The notes below the pieces were generated by a model. The model was not told the DNA's origin, searched no databases, and worked only from the letters and a program-made list of their open reading frames with translations. Of a stretch of DNA of 64,000 nucleotides, positions 20,194 through 31,789 are shown piece after piece. Source of the stretch: Candidatus Eiseniibacteriota bacterium (lineage in GTDB: Bacteria > Eisenbacteria > RBG-16-71-46); contig JBGAML010000003.1 of the NCBI GenBank assembly GCA_044223005.1, positions 64,001 through 128,000 of the forward strand. Direction: 5' to 3'. Every line of letters starts with the position of its first letter. Within the stretch, counting starts at the first letter, position 1. A program made the translations under genes and the position numbers.

Positions 20194-21246
20194 ATGATCA
20201 AGTTCATGCTGTTCATCGACGGAACGTGGCTCTATTCCAACACCCCGCGGCTCGTGGAAGCGTCCGGGCAGACGGGGTTCACGCTCGACTTCGGCAAGCT
20301 GCCGCGCGTGCTCGCGGACGAGGTCTCGCGCGCGATGGGGCACGACGAGTACACGGTCGTACGCACCCACCTGTTCGGCAGCTACGCCGACAACGTCGAT
20401 CCGCGCGACGCCGAGCCCGTGCAGCGGAGGCTCAACTTCTTCACGCAGCTCCGCCAGCAGCACCACTACGAGGTCGAGGCGTTCCCGATCAACTTCCGTG
20501 GCAAGCGCCTGCGCAAGTCGGACCGCGATCCCAACGACACGTTCGAGCCCAAGGAGAAGTGCGTCGACATCGCGCTCGCGACCTCGATGCTCTTCAACGC
20601 GTCCATGCCCAACGCCTACGACGTGGCGATCGCGGTGGCGGGAGACCAGGACTTCAAGCCCGTGCTCCAGAGCGTGCGCCGGCTCGGCAAGCGCGTCGCC
20701 ATCGCCAGCGTGCAGGGCGCGTGCTCGAGCGAACTCTCCGACCCGAGCGATCCGGCGCGCGTGCGCGACCTCGACATCCTCTGGCTCGAGGAGCTGCTGC
20801 CGCGGCTGGCGCGCCGCTACGATCCGCACCCGCTCGAGTGCCAGTCGCCGCAGCACGTCGGCGATCGCACCGTGATGACGACGTACTACCCGAAGCGTGG
20901 CGAGAAGTTCTACTGCGAGACCTGCCGCGGCACGTTCGCACGCCTCAAGCAGGAGGGCGTGGTGGAGACGGCCGAGCCGCGGCCGGTGCGCTGGGCGCCG
21001 CCGGGGACGGCCCTGCGGGGCGCCGTGAGCCACAAGCGCATGGACAAGAGCTACGGTTTCATCCGGGTGGAAGGCTGCGGCGAGTGGGACGGGCCGGAGT
21101 ACTTCTTCCACGACAGCGACCTGCTGGACGGCGTCACGTTCGCCGAACTGGCCGAGGGCGAGGTCGTGACGTTCGAGGTCAAGGCCGAGCCCCCCGCGGG
21201 CAAGGCCCCGCCCGCGCGCGCCGTGCGGCGGACCGCGGCCGCCTGA
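20194..21246 (+). CDS. NYN (LabA/DUF88 PIN-like) ribonuclease fused to a Zn-ribbon-like segment and a cold-shock domain
   Basis: FIDGTW, EKCVDIAL, GDQDF; C-x4-H...CETC; KSYGFI...EYFFHDSDL...LAEGEVVTFEV. Confidence 0.88.
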   Translation: MIKFMLFIDGTWLYSNTPRLVEASGQTGFTLDFGKLPRVLADEVSRAMGHDEYTVVRTHLFGSYADNVDPRDAEPVQRRLNFFTQLRQQHHYEVEAFPINFRGKRLRKSDRDPNDTFEPKEKCVDIALATSMLFNASMPNAYDVAIAVAGDQDFKPVLQSVRRLGKRVAIASVQGACSSELSDPSDPARVRDLDILWLEELLPRLARRYDPHPLECQSPQHVGDRTVMTTYYPKRGEKFYCETCRGTFARLKQEGVVETAEPRPVRWAPPGTALRGAVSHKRMDKSYGFIRVEGCGEWDGPEYFFHDSDLLDGVTFAELAEGEVVTFEVKAEPPAGKAPPARAVRRTAAA

Positions 21247-21312
21247 GCGAGACGCCGCGCGGCTCTCGTTCGCGCGACGACCGGCCCTCGGCCTGAGCCG
21301 GAACGCCTCAGC

Positions 21313-22494
21313 TCAGGCGCGCTTCGCGAGTGCGTCGCCCAGGCGCTCGTAGTCTCCGGGCTCGTTGTAGACCTGGCCGCAGACGCGCACCCCCAGCCGG
21401 CCGAGCAGGGAGATGATCGGCACCTCGAAGCCGTCCTCGAAGAACAGCGCGTCGCGCAGCCGCGTCGCGTCCTCCTTCGTGGCGCCGAACGCGGGGGGCA
21501 GCCACAGCGTCGCCATGCAGCCGACCAGCGACTCCTCGACCTCGAAGCGCACGCCGAGCCGGTCCGCGATCGCGTGCGCGCCGTTCCATGCGAGCGCGTG
21601 GTTCCACTCACGCAGGGCGTCGAGCCCGGCGTCGTGCATGGCGCGCAGGCCTTCGGGCGCGGCCAGCCACGGCGAGGGATCGCGCGTACCCATCCAGTCG
21701 AACTCCGCCGTGAACCCCGCGTCGTAGCCCCACGAGAGCACCGGCGGGTGCAGGCCCTGCTGGCGTTCCGGCGGCGCCCACAGGAATCCGGCGCTGCGCG
21801 GGGACCACGCCCACTTGTGCAGGTTGCCCGTGTACCAGTCGGCCCCGATCGCCGGCAGGTCCAGCGGCAGGGCGCCGGGCGCGTGCGCGCCGTCGACCAG
21901 CACCGGGACGCCCTTCGCGTGGCAGCCGGCGACGAGCCGTTCGATCGGCAGCCGCAGCGCCGACGACGACGTGACGTGGTCGAGGATCGCGAGCTTCGTG
22001 CGCGGACCGATCGCGCCGAGGATCGCTTCCGCGATCGCGTCCGCGCGGATCGCGGGCGCCGGCAGTGCGAGCTCGCGCACCGTGGCGCCCCATGCGCGGG
22101 TGATCGCGCGGGCGCCGATCGTGATCGCGCCGTAGGCGTGGTCGGTGGTGAGCACCTCGTCGCCTTCGCGCCACGTCAGCGACCGGAGCACCGCGTTGCA
22201 GCCCGCGGTCGCGTTGTCCACGAACACGAGGTCCTCGCCGCGCGCGCCGACGAAGGCCGCGACCTCCGCCGCCGCCGCGCGCATGCGCGGAGCGGCGCTG
22301 ACGGCGCGCCCTTCGAGGTGGTTCGCGTCGCGGAACAGGAACCGCGCCGGCTGGCGGTCCATGGCGTCGCGGATCGCCTGCTGCGCGGCGAGCACGCGCT
22401 TCGGGGCGACACCGACGGTGCCGTGGTTCAGGTACGTGATCCCGGGTTCGAGCGGCCAGTCCTCGAGCCGCGCGTGGCCGAACGCTGCCGACAT
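21313..22494 (-). CDS. Class V PLP-dependent enzyme (isopenicillin N epimerase / C-S lyase-like)
   Basis: YLNHGTVG, NAT, VDGAHAPG, GNLHKW, WMGTRD; GGAGG RBS. Confidence 0.88.
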   Translation of the reverse strand: MSAAFGHARLEDWPLEPGITYLNHGTVGVAPKRVLAAQQAIRDAMDRQPARFLFRDANHLEGRAVSAAPRMRAAAAEVAAFVGARGEDLVFVDNATAGCNAVLRSLTWREGDEVLTTDHAYGAITIGARAITRAWGATVRELALPAPAIRADAIAEAILGAIGPRTKLAILDHVTSSSALRLPIERLVAGCHAKGVPVLVDGAHAPGALPLDLPAIGADWYTGNLHKWAWSPRSAGFLWAPPERQQGLHPPVLSWGYDAGFTAEFDWMGTRDPSPWLAAPEGLRAMHDAGLDALREWNHALAWNGAHAIADRLGVRFEVEESLVGCMATLWLPPAFGATKEDATRLRDALFFEDGFEVPIISLLGRLGVRVCGQVYNEPGDYERLGDALAKRA

Positions 22495-22676
22495 GCGATG
22501 CCTCCTCGGTGGATGCCCGCACTGTGGCAGGACCACGGCCCGGCCGCCAAATTCCGGGTACGGCGGTTCCCGCGCGTGGCGCCCACGGCGAAGGGTCTTC
22601 GGCTGGTGCGCCCGCGCCGGCGCCGCTACAGTGCCGCGCACCCCACGCACCGCAGGCCCCGACCCGGGAGAGCGAC

Positions 22677-23774
22677 GTGAAAGCCCTCGCCGTCCGACCC
22701 GCGACGCGCACCGTGGAGTTGATCGACCACCCCGAGCCCGTGCTCGGCACCGGCACCGACGTGCGCATGCGCGTGCTGCACGTGGGCATCTGCGGCACCG
22801 ATCGCGAGATCTGCGCGTTCGACTACGGCACGCCGCCCACCGGCTCGGACCATCTCGTGATCGGTCACGAATCGCTGGCCGAGATCGTCGACGTCGGCGC
22901 GGCCGTGAAGGACCTGGCGCCGGGGCAACTCGTGGTCACCATGGTGCGGCGGCCGTGCGCTCATCCGGAGTGCGACGCCTGCCGTGCGGGTCGCCAGGAC
23001 TTCTGCCGCACGGGCGACTACGTCGAACGCGGCATCAAGGGCGCGCACGGCTTCATGACCGAGCGCATCGTCGACGACGCGCGCTGGCTCGTCCCGGTCC
23101 CCGCCGCTCTGCGCGACGTCGCGGTGCTGGTCGAACCGCTGACGATCGCCGAGAAGGCGCTGCTCGAAGTGGAGCAGATGCTCGACCGCATGCCGTGGCG
23201 GCGCGAAGACGTGCGCGGCCTCGAAGCGGTCGTGCTGGGCGGCGGGCCCGTGGGCCTGCTCGGGGCGATGGCGCTGCGTGCGGCGGGCTGCGAGGTGACG
23301 CTCGTCTCGCGGCAGCCCGCGAGCGACGTGCGCGCGTCGCTGCTGGAACAGATCGGCGGGCAGTACGTGTCGGCCGAGACCGACTCGCTGACGACGATCA
23401 TGCGCCGGCTCGGGCGCGTCGACGTGGTCTACGAAGCGATCGGCGCCGCGGCGCCCGCGTTCGAGGCGCTGACGGCGCTGGGCCCGAACGGGCTGTTCGT
23501 CTTTACCGGCGTGCCCGGGCGGCGCGGAACCCCCGACGTGGACGGTGGTGCGGTGATGCGCTCGCTGGTGCTCAACAACCAGGTGCTGCTCGGCACGGTG
23601 AACGCCGGGCGCGATGCGTACCGGGCGGCGGTCACGGACCTCGGCCTGTTCATGGAGAAGTGGCCGGCGGCCGTGCGCGCGCTGATCACCTCGCACGTCG
23701 CGCTCGCGGACGCACCCGCCGCGCTGCTCGCGCGCGGCGGCGGTATCAAGACCGTCGTCGACGTGACGAACTGA
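22677..23774 (+). CDS. Zn-dependent (MDR) glucose 1-dehydrogenase
   Basis: GICGTDREI, GHES, VRRP, ERGIKGAHGFM, GGGPVG, LVLNNQVLLGTVNA; GTG start. Confidence 0.85.
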   Translation: MKALAVRPATRTVELIDHPEPVLGTGTDVRMRVLHVGICGTDREICAFDYGTPPTGSDHLVIGHESLAEIVDVGAAVKDLAPGQLVVTMVRRPCAHPECDACRAGRQDFCRTGDYVERGIKGAHGFMTERIVDDARWLVPVPAALRDVAVLVEPLTIAEKALLEVEQMLDRMPWRREDVRGLEAVVLGGGPVGLLGAMALRAAGCEVTLVSRQPASDVRASLLEQIGGQYVSAETDSLTTIMRRLGRVDVVYEAIGAAAPAFEALTALGPNGLFVFTGVPGRRGTPDVDGGAVMRSLVLNNQVLLGTVNAGRDAYRAAVTDLGLFMEKWPAAVRALITSHVALADAPAALLARGGGIKTVVDVTN

Positions 23775-23837
23775 GAGCGCGCTCGCGACGCACTTCGCCG
23801 TTGCGGGCCGGGCTGCCGGTGCCGCATCGTGACGGGC

Positions 23838-23954
23838 GGCGCACAGGGCGCCTCTCGTCCGCGGAAAGGGTTCGCCCACCTGCGCAGCGCCCCGAGCCGA
23901 ACACGACGAACCTTCGGCCCAACCGTGCGGACACGGGCGATCCTGGAGGTCGTC
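23838..23954 (+). ncRNA. Candidate structured cis-regulatory leader RNA
   Basis: Several nested stems, a UUCG tetraloop hairpin and an RBS-occluding hairpin before the ankyrin ATG. Confidence 0.4.
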
Positions 23955-23956
23955 GC

Positions 23957-25579
23957 ATGTCCGATGCTGCCCGGGAGCCGGTGGCTCCCACGTTCGAGCG
24001 CGCCCGCGCCGCCGCCAAGCAGCTGCTGCGCGCTTGCCGCGCCGCCGATCCGTCCGCTCTCGCCCGCGTACAGGCGCAGTTGCCACGCCTCGCCGCGCTC
24101 CCGCCCGCCGACGCCGCGGAGCGCGTGAAGCTCGCCGACGTCCAGCACGCGTTCGCGCGTGAAGCCGGGCTCGAGTCGTGGGCCGCGCTGCGCCGGTTCA
24201 TCGAAGCGCGCGAGCCGCTGGCGGAGCAGGTGAAGCGCTTCGTGCGCGCATGGCACGACGCCGACGGCGACGCCATGCGCCGGGTGCTCGAATCGCACCC
24301 GGAGGTCGCACGCACGAGCCTGCACACCGCGTGTGCCGCGTGCGACCTCGCGCTCGTCGAAGCGTACCTCGCGCGCGATCCGGCGCTCGCGACCGCCCCG
24401 TTCGCGGGCACCGCGTGGACGCCGCTCGTGGCGCTCGCCGCGTCGCCACTCTTCGCGACGTCGCCGGCGCACGCGACCGCGAGCGTCGCGATCGCGGAGC
24501 GCCTGTTCGCGCTCGGCGCGGGCGCGAACGACTTCGTGCCGCACGAGGAGTTCGGGCAGGTGTCGAAGCTCACCGCGCTCTTCTACGCGAGCCAGAACGG
24601 CAACGCGCCGCTCGTGAGGACCCTGCTCGAACACGGCGCGGACCCCAACGACGGCGAGTCGGTCTACCACGCCGCCGAGCACGACCACCGCGAGGTGCTC
24701 GATCTGCTGCTCGCGCACGGCGCCGAGATCTCGGCGGCGCATCCACGCTGGAACAACACCGTGCTCTACTTCCTTTCGGGCTACCGCGAACTCAATCCGC
24801 GCGCGGCCGCCGCGACGCGCGGCATGCTGTGGCTGCTCGAGCACGGCGCCGATCCGAACGTGCCGAGCTACGAGCACCGCGAAACGCCGCTGCACCGCGT
24901 CGCCGAGTTCCGGCGCGACCTCGCGCTCGCGCGGGCGCTGCTCGATCACGGCGCCGACCCGAATGCGGCGCGCGCCGACGGCCGTACGCCGCTCGAGCTG
25001 GCGGTGCGCGCCGATCACGCGGCGCTGGTCGAGCTGCTGCGCGAACGCGGTGGGACGGCCGCGATCCGGCCGGTGGACCAGCTGCTGGGCGCGGCTGCGC
25101 GCGGCGACCTCGCCGCCGCGCGCGCGGTACTCGCCACGCACCCGGATCTGCTCGCGACGCTCGACGACGAAGATCGCCGTGCGCCGGTGCGCGCCGCCGA
25201 GAACGGCCAGGCCGATGCGATCCGCGTGCTGGCGGCGCTGGGTTTCGATCTCGGCGTGCACGGCCCCGGCGAGTCCACGCCGCTGCACCAGGCCGCGTGG
25301 CGCGGGCAGGTCGAAGCGGTGCGGGCGCTGCTCGAGGCGGGCGTCGCGATCGATCCGCGCGATGCGACCTATGGCAGCAGCCCGCTCGCGTGGGCCGCGC
25401 ACGGCTCGAAGTTCTGCCGCGACGCCGACGACGACTACATCGCGGTGATCGACCTGCTGCTCGCCGCGGGTGCCACGCGCGAGCCGTCGTACAACCACTG
25501 GAAGGAGCCGCCCGAGAACCTCGCGAGCGACGCGGTGAGCGAACACCTGCGCGCCCGCGGGTTCGCACCCGCGGGCTGA
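23957..25579 (+). CDS. Ankyrin repeat protein
   Basis: GGAGG RBS; repeated LLEHGADPN and TPLH; N-terminal AKQLL...LADVQHAFAREAGLESW helical motif. Confidence 0.9.
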   Translation: MSDAAREPVAPTFERARAAAKQLLRACRAADPSALARVQAQLPRLAALPPADAAERVKLADVQHAFAREAGLESWAALRRFIEAREPLAEQVKRFVRAWHDADGDAMRRVLESHPEVARTSLHTACAACDLALVEAYLARDPALATAPFAGTAWTPLVALAASPLFATSPAHATASVAIAERLFALGAGANDFVPHEEFGQVSKLTALFYASQNGNAPLVRTLLEHGADPNDGESVYHAAEHDHREVLDLLLAHGAEISAAHPRWNNTVLYFLSGYRELNPRAAAATRGMLWLLEHGADPNVPSYEHRETPLHRVAEFRRDLALARALLDHGADPNAARADGRTPLELAVRADHAALVELLRERGGTAAIRPVDQLLGAAARGDLAAARAVLATHPDLLATLDDEDRRAPVRAAENGQADAIRVLAALGFDLGVHGPGESTPLHQAAWRGQVEAVRALLEAGVAIDPRDATYGSSPLAWAAHGSKFCRDADDDYIAVIDLLLAAGATREPSYNHWKEPPENLASDAVSEHLRARGFAPAG

Positions 25580-25655
25580 TCGCCGGCGCGTCTCGTGTAC
25601 GATGCGGCCTCCGGGACCCCACCCCGGGGGCCGCGACCGTGACGGGGGAACCGCG

Positions 25656-28352
<2,697 letters not shown>

Positions 28353-28366
28353 ACATCGCCGTGACG

Positions 28367-28415
28367 ACTTTTCGCCACAAAGTGCTTGACGGTGGTGGCC
28401 CACGCGCGGTGCAAT
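28367..28415 (+). promoter_or_regulatory. Operator ACTTT-N7-AAAGT plus sigma70-like promoter
   Basis: Palindrome at 28367-28383; TTGACG (28386-28391) N18 TGCAAT (28410-28415); ATG at 28422. Confidence 0.55.
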
Positions 28416-28421
28416 CGAGGC

Positions 28422-29036
28422 ATGCCCGACCTCCGCCGCGAACTCGACGAACTGCCGCCGCCGCTGCCGCTGCACGCGCACGCCGAAGCGGATCTGCGCT
28501 GGATCCGTACCGCGATCGAACGCGCGGGAGCGTTCACGTCCATCTCCGGCTGGGGCGAGGTCGCGGTGGGGCTCACCGCGCTGCTCGCCGCCGCGATCGC
28601 ACCGCGTGACGTCGGCTCGGACCGCTGGGTCGCGCTCTGGCTCGGCGAGGCGCTCGTCGCCGCAGCGATCAGCGTCTGGAGCGCCGCGCTCAAGGCGCAG
28701 CGCCTCGGCGTGCCGCTCTTCGGCGCCCCGGGCCAGCGCTTCACGCTCGCCTTCGCCACGCCGGCCGCGGCCGGCGCCGTGCTGACCGCGGCGCTCGTGC
28801 GCGGACACGCCTTCGCGTTCCTGCCCGGCACGTGGCTGCTGCTCTACGGCGCCGCGATCGCCGGCGGCGGCGCGTTCTCGGTGCCCGCCGTCCCCGCGAT
28901 GGGCGCCTGTTTCATGGTCGTGGGCACCGCCGCCCTGTTCACGCCCACGGGCTGGGCGAACGCCTGGCTCGCGCTCGGATTCGGCCTGGTCCACGTCGGC
29001 TTCGGGGCGTGGATCGCACGGAGGCACGGTGGCTGA
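28422..29036 (+). CDS. Membrane protein paired with a winged-helix regulator
   Basis: DLRWIRTAIERAG...WLLLYG...GFGLVHVGFG; about 6 TM segments; overlaps the next gene. Confidence 0.8.
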   Translation: MPDLRRELDELPPPLPLHAHAEADLRWIRTAIERAGAFTSISGWGEVAVGLTALLAAAIAPRDVGSDRWVALWLGEALVAAAISVWSAALKAQRLGVPLFGAPGQRFTLAFATPAAAGAVLTAALVRGHAFAFLPGTWLLLYGAAIAGGGAFSVPAVPAMGACFMVVGTAALFTPTGWANAWLALGFGLVHVGFGAWIARRHGG

Positions 29037-29400
29037 CGCCGCCCGCCGCAAGAGCGGCACGCGCCGCGCGGAGGTTCCGGAGGCCCCGGACCGTTCCACG
29101 ACGCGGCACATGGACCTCGACCGCGTGATCCACGAGCACGTGCGGCTCGCGATCGTGAGCGCGCTCGCGGTCAACGCGTCGCTGACGTTCAACGACCTCA
29201 AGTCCCTGCTGCGGATCACGGACGGCAACCTCAGCGTGCACGCGCGCAAGCTCGAGGAGGCCGGGTACGTCGAATGCACGAAGACGTTCCAGGACCGTGT
29301 CCCGCGCACGCGCTACAAGCTCACGGCCACCGGCCGGCGGGCCCTGACGCGATACCTCGACCACATGGAAGCGCTGATCCGCGCGACCCGCGACCGCTGA
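29029..29400 (+). CDS. Winged-helix (HTH_34-like) transcriptional regulator
   Basis: LDRVIHEHVRLAIVSAL...TDGNLSVHARKLEEAGYV...RTRYKLT; true start could be the later Met. Confidence 0.9.
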   Translation: MADAARRKSGTRRAEVPEAPDRSTTRHMDLDRVIHEHVRLAIVSALAVNASLTFNDLKSLLRITDGNLSVHARKLEEAGYVECTKTFQDRVPRTRYKLTATGRRALTRYLDHMEALIRATRDR

Positions 29401-29691
29401 CCGCTGCCGACCCGGGGGTTCATTCCCGCCGGGGAAGCGCCGATACCTGCACTCGTACGCGCGAGGGACGCGCGATCGCCCCCTGGGAGTCCGACACCAT
29501 GAAGCGTCACCACCCGGCTCGCCGTTCGCGGCGGGCGCTCCACCGCACGATGCAGGCGCTCGATCCGCGCCGGCCCGCTCACACCCGCTTCGACGGCCGC
29601 GTGGCACTCGCGGTGCTCTGGGCGCTCGGCCGCCTCGCGCGGCCGCCGTGTGCACGGCGGCCCCGCGTTCACGTTCCTGAGGCGGCGGGCG

Positions 29692-30282
29692 TCAGGATTC
29701 CTGACGCTCGCGCGGCCACGGTTCCGCGAGCACCGCTTCGAGCGGCGCGAGCGCGAGCCGGCGGCCCGCTCCCGGTGGCGGCGGTACCATGCTGCGCTCG
29801 TGCGGCGTCACGGCGTGCCGGCGCCGCAGCTCGAGCCGCAGGCTGAGCTCGCCGAGCCGCATCGCGCCGCGGTAGCGCAGCGCGAGCAGCGGTGCGATCA
29901 CGCGCGAGACGGTGCCCGCGGCGACGCCCGACACGCGCGGCCGCCAGCAGGAGTCGACGATCGCGTAGGGACCGCGCGCACGCACGGCGAACGAGCCCAT
30001 GCCGGCGAGCGCGCCGTGGATCGCGAAGCTCACGCGTTCGGGGCGCACGCACTCCTCGACGACGAGCCGCCAGGCGAGACGTCCCGGCACGAGGCCGCGG
30101 CTCTCGAGCTCGACGACGCGTCCGCGTCCGTCGGGGGTGCCGCGCTCGACCAGGCGCGCGTGCGGGTGCACCGCGGGCCACCAGCGCGCCCAACCTTCGG
30201 CTTCGGCGAGAAGATCGAACACCTCGGACGCGTCGCCCGGGACGCGCCAGGTGTTGCGCAAGCACAGTTCGGTACCCGCCAT
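29692..30282 (-). CDS. SRPBCC/polyketide-cyclase-like protein
   Basis: TWRVPGDASEVFDLL...WARWWP...IHGALAGMG...AMRLGELSL. Confidence 0.7.
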   Translation of the reverse strand: MAGTELCLRNTWRVPGDASEVFDLLAEAEGWARWWPAVHPHARLVERGTPDGRGRVVELESRGLVPGRLAWRLVVEECVRPERVSFAIHGALAGMGSFAVRARGPYAIVDSCWRPRVSGVAAGTVSRVIAPLLALRYRGAMRLGELSLRLELRRRHAVTPHERSMVPPPPGAGRRLALAPLEAVLAEPWPRERQES

Positions 30283-30474
30283 GAAGAGGAATCCCCTCGG
30301 GCTCGAGAAACGGACGGCTTTCGATTCTAGGGGTGGGGGTGACCGCCTCGATGATAGCGCACGAACCGGCTCCCTTGTCCCGGAATCGTTCGGTCCCCTC
30401 GGGGGGGGCGCCGCATCCGTCCGCTGCGGCGCCGCGCCCGGCCCGGTCCCGGTTGCCCGAGGGCCGGTTGCGGC

Positions 30475-30504
30475 TCCAACCTTGGGGCCGATCCCCACGT
30501 CCAA
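30475..30504 (+). promoter_or_regulatory. Putative autoregulatory ECF promoter
   Basis: TCCAACC-N16-CGTCCAA directly before the sigma factor ATG. Confidence 0.5.
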
Positions 30505-30512
30505 CCAGGTGC

Positions 30513-31091
30513 ATGAGCCTGATCGCCACCTGGCAGTTGCGACCCCACGCCACGGACCGAACCGCCCTGTCCCCGATTCTCGAGACCCGCGACGACGTGG
30601 CGCTGGCCGCGCGTGGAGACACGCGGGCCTTCGCGCGCCTGTACGAGCTCCACAAGGGCCGCGTCCACGCGCTGGCCCGCCGCATGGCCGGGGACGAACA
30701 CGCGGTCGAGCTCACGCAGGACGTCTTCGTCCGCGCGTGGCAGAAGCTGGGCACGTTCCGCGGCGAGGCGCAGTTCGGCACCTGGCTGCACCGCCTCGCG
30801 GTGAACCTGATCCTCAGCCGGCGCGCGAGCTTCGCCACCCAGCGGGCGCGCTTCCTCGCGGACGACGACATCCTCGAGGACCTGCCCGCGCGCGCGGGCA
30901 ACCGCGAGTTCGGGATGGATTTCGAGACCGCGATCACGCGGCTGCCGGACGGCGCGCGCGCGGTCTTCGTGCTGCACGACATCGAAGGTTACCGACACGA
31001 GGAGATCGCCGCGCTGCTCGGCGTCACCTCGGGCACGACCAAGGCGCAGTTGCATCGAGCCCGGATGCTGCTGCGCCGGCACCTGGCCTGA
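30513..31091 (+). CDS. ECF sigma factor
   Basis: GDTRAFARLY, ELTQDVFVRAW, FGTWLHRLAVN, FVLHDIEGYRHEEIA...KAQLHRAR. Confidence 0.93.
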   Translation: MSLIATWQLRPHATDRTALSPILETRDDVALAARGDTRAFARLYELHKGRVHALARRMAGDEHAVELTQDVFVRAWQKLGTFRGEAQFGTWLHRLAVNLILSRRASFATQRARFLADDDILEDLPARAGNREFGMDFETAITRLPDGARAVFVLHDIEGYRHEEIAALLGVTSGTTKAQLHRARMLLRRHLA

Positions 31092-31110
31092 AGAAGGGTC
31101 ACGAACACAC

Positions 31111-31785
31111 ATGAACGACCATCTCACTCACGCACTCTCGGACTACCTCGACGGGGATCTCGGCCCGCACGAGCGCGCGTCCGCCGACGCGCACCTCGCG
31201 TCGTGCGCCGAGTGCCGCGCGCTGCTCGAGGAGCTGCGCGCCGTGAAGGACCGCGCGGGCGCGCTCGTGGACCCGCCGACGCCGGACGATCTCTGGGCGG
31301 GGATCGCGTCTCGCATCGGCTCGGCGGGCTCCGCGACCGCGTCGCGCGGTCGCATCCTCGCGCTGCCCCGGCGGCGCGCCTTCTCCGCGTGGCCGTCGCT
31401 CGCCGCGGCGGCGGCGGTGCTCGTCGTCGCGTTCGGCGCATTCTGGCTCGTGAACGGCGCGCGCCGCGCCGAGGCGCCGGGCACCGTCGCGACGCGCGAT
31501 GCCGCGCCGGCGGAGACGACGCAGCTCGCCACGTTCGACGCGGCCCGCGTCGAGGGCGAGATCGCGCAGCTGCAGCGCTCGCTCGACCGCGGCCGCGGCA
31601 AGCTCGATCCCAAGACGGTGCAGGTGCTCGAGCAGAACCTCGCGCTGATCCGCCAGGCGACCGAGGACGCGCGCGCCGCGCTGGCCAAGGATCCGGCCAA
31701 TCGCGAGCTGCAGGACTATTTCGCCGGCACGGTGCAGAGCAAGCTCGACCTGATGCGCCGGGCCACCGCGATGGTGGGGGTGTGA
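31111..31785 (+). CDS. Zinc-binding (ZAS) anti-sigma factor
   Basis: LSDYLDGDL...HLASCAEC (HxxxCxxC), one TM segment, helical C-terminus. Confidence 0.9.
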   Translation: MNDHLTHALSDYLDGDLGPHERASADAHLASCAECRALLEELRAVKDRAGALVDPPTPDDLWAGIASRIGSAGSATASRGRILALPRRRAFSAWPSLAAAAAVLVVAFGAFWLVNGARRAEAPGTVATRDAAPAETTQLATFDAARVEGEIAQLQRSLDRGRGKLDPKTVQVLEQNLALIRQATEDARAALAKDPANRELQDYFAGTVQSKLDLMRRATAMVGV

Positions 31786-31789
31786 CGCC

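Noticed and set aside
29499..29846. Arg-rich ORF MKRHHPARRS... with a GGGAG upstream
   Set aside because: It overlaps the opposite-strand SRPBCC gene by about 150 nt and has shadow-ORF composition; a short real peptide cannot be excluded.
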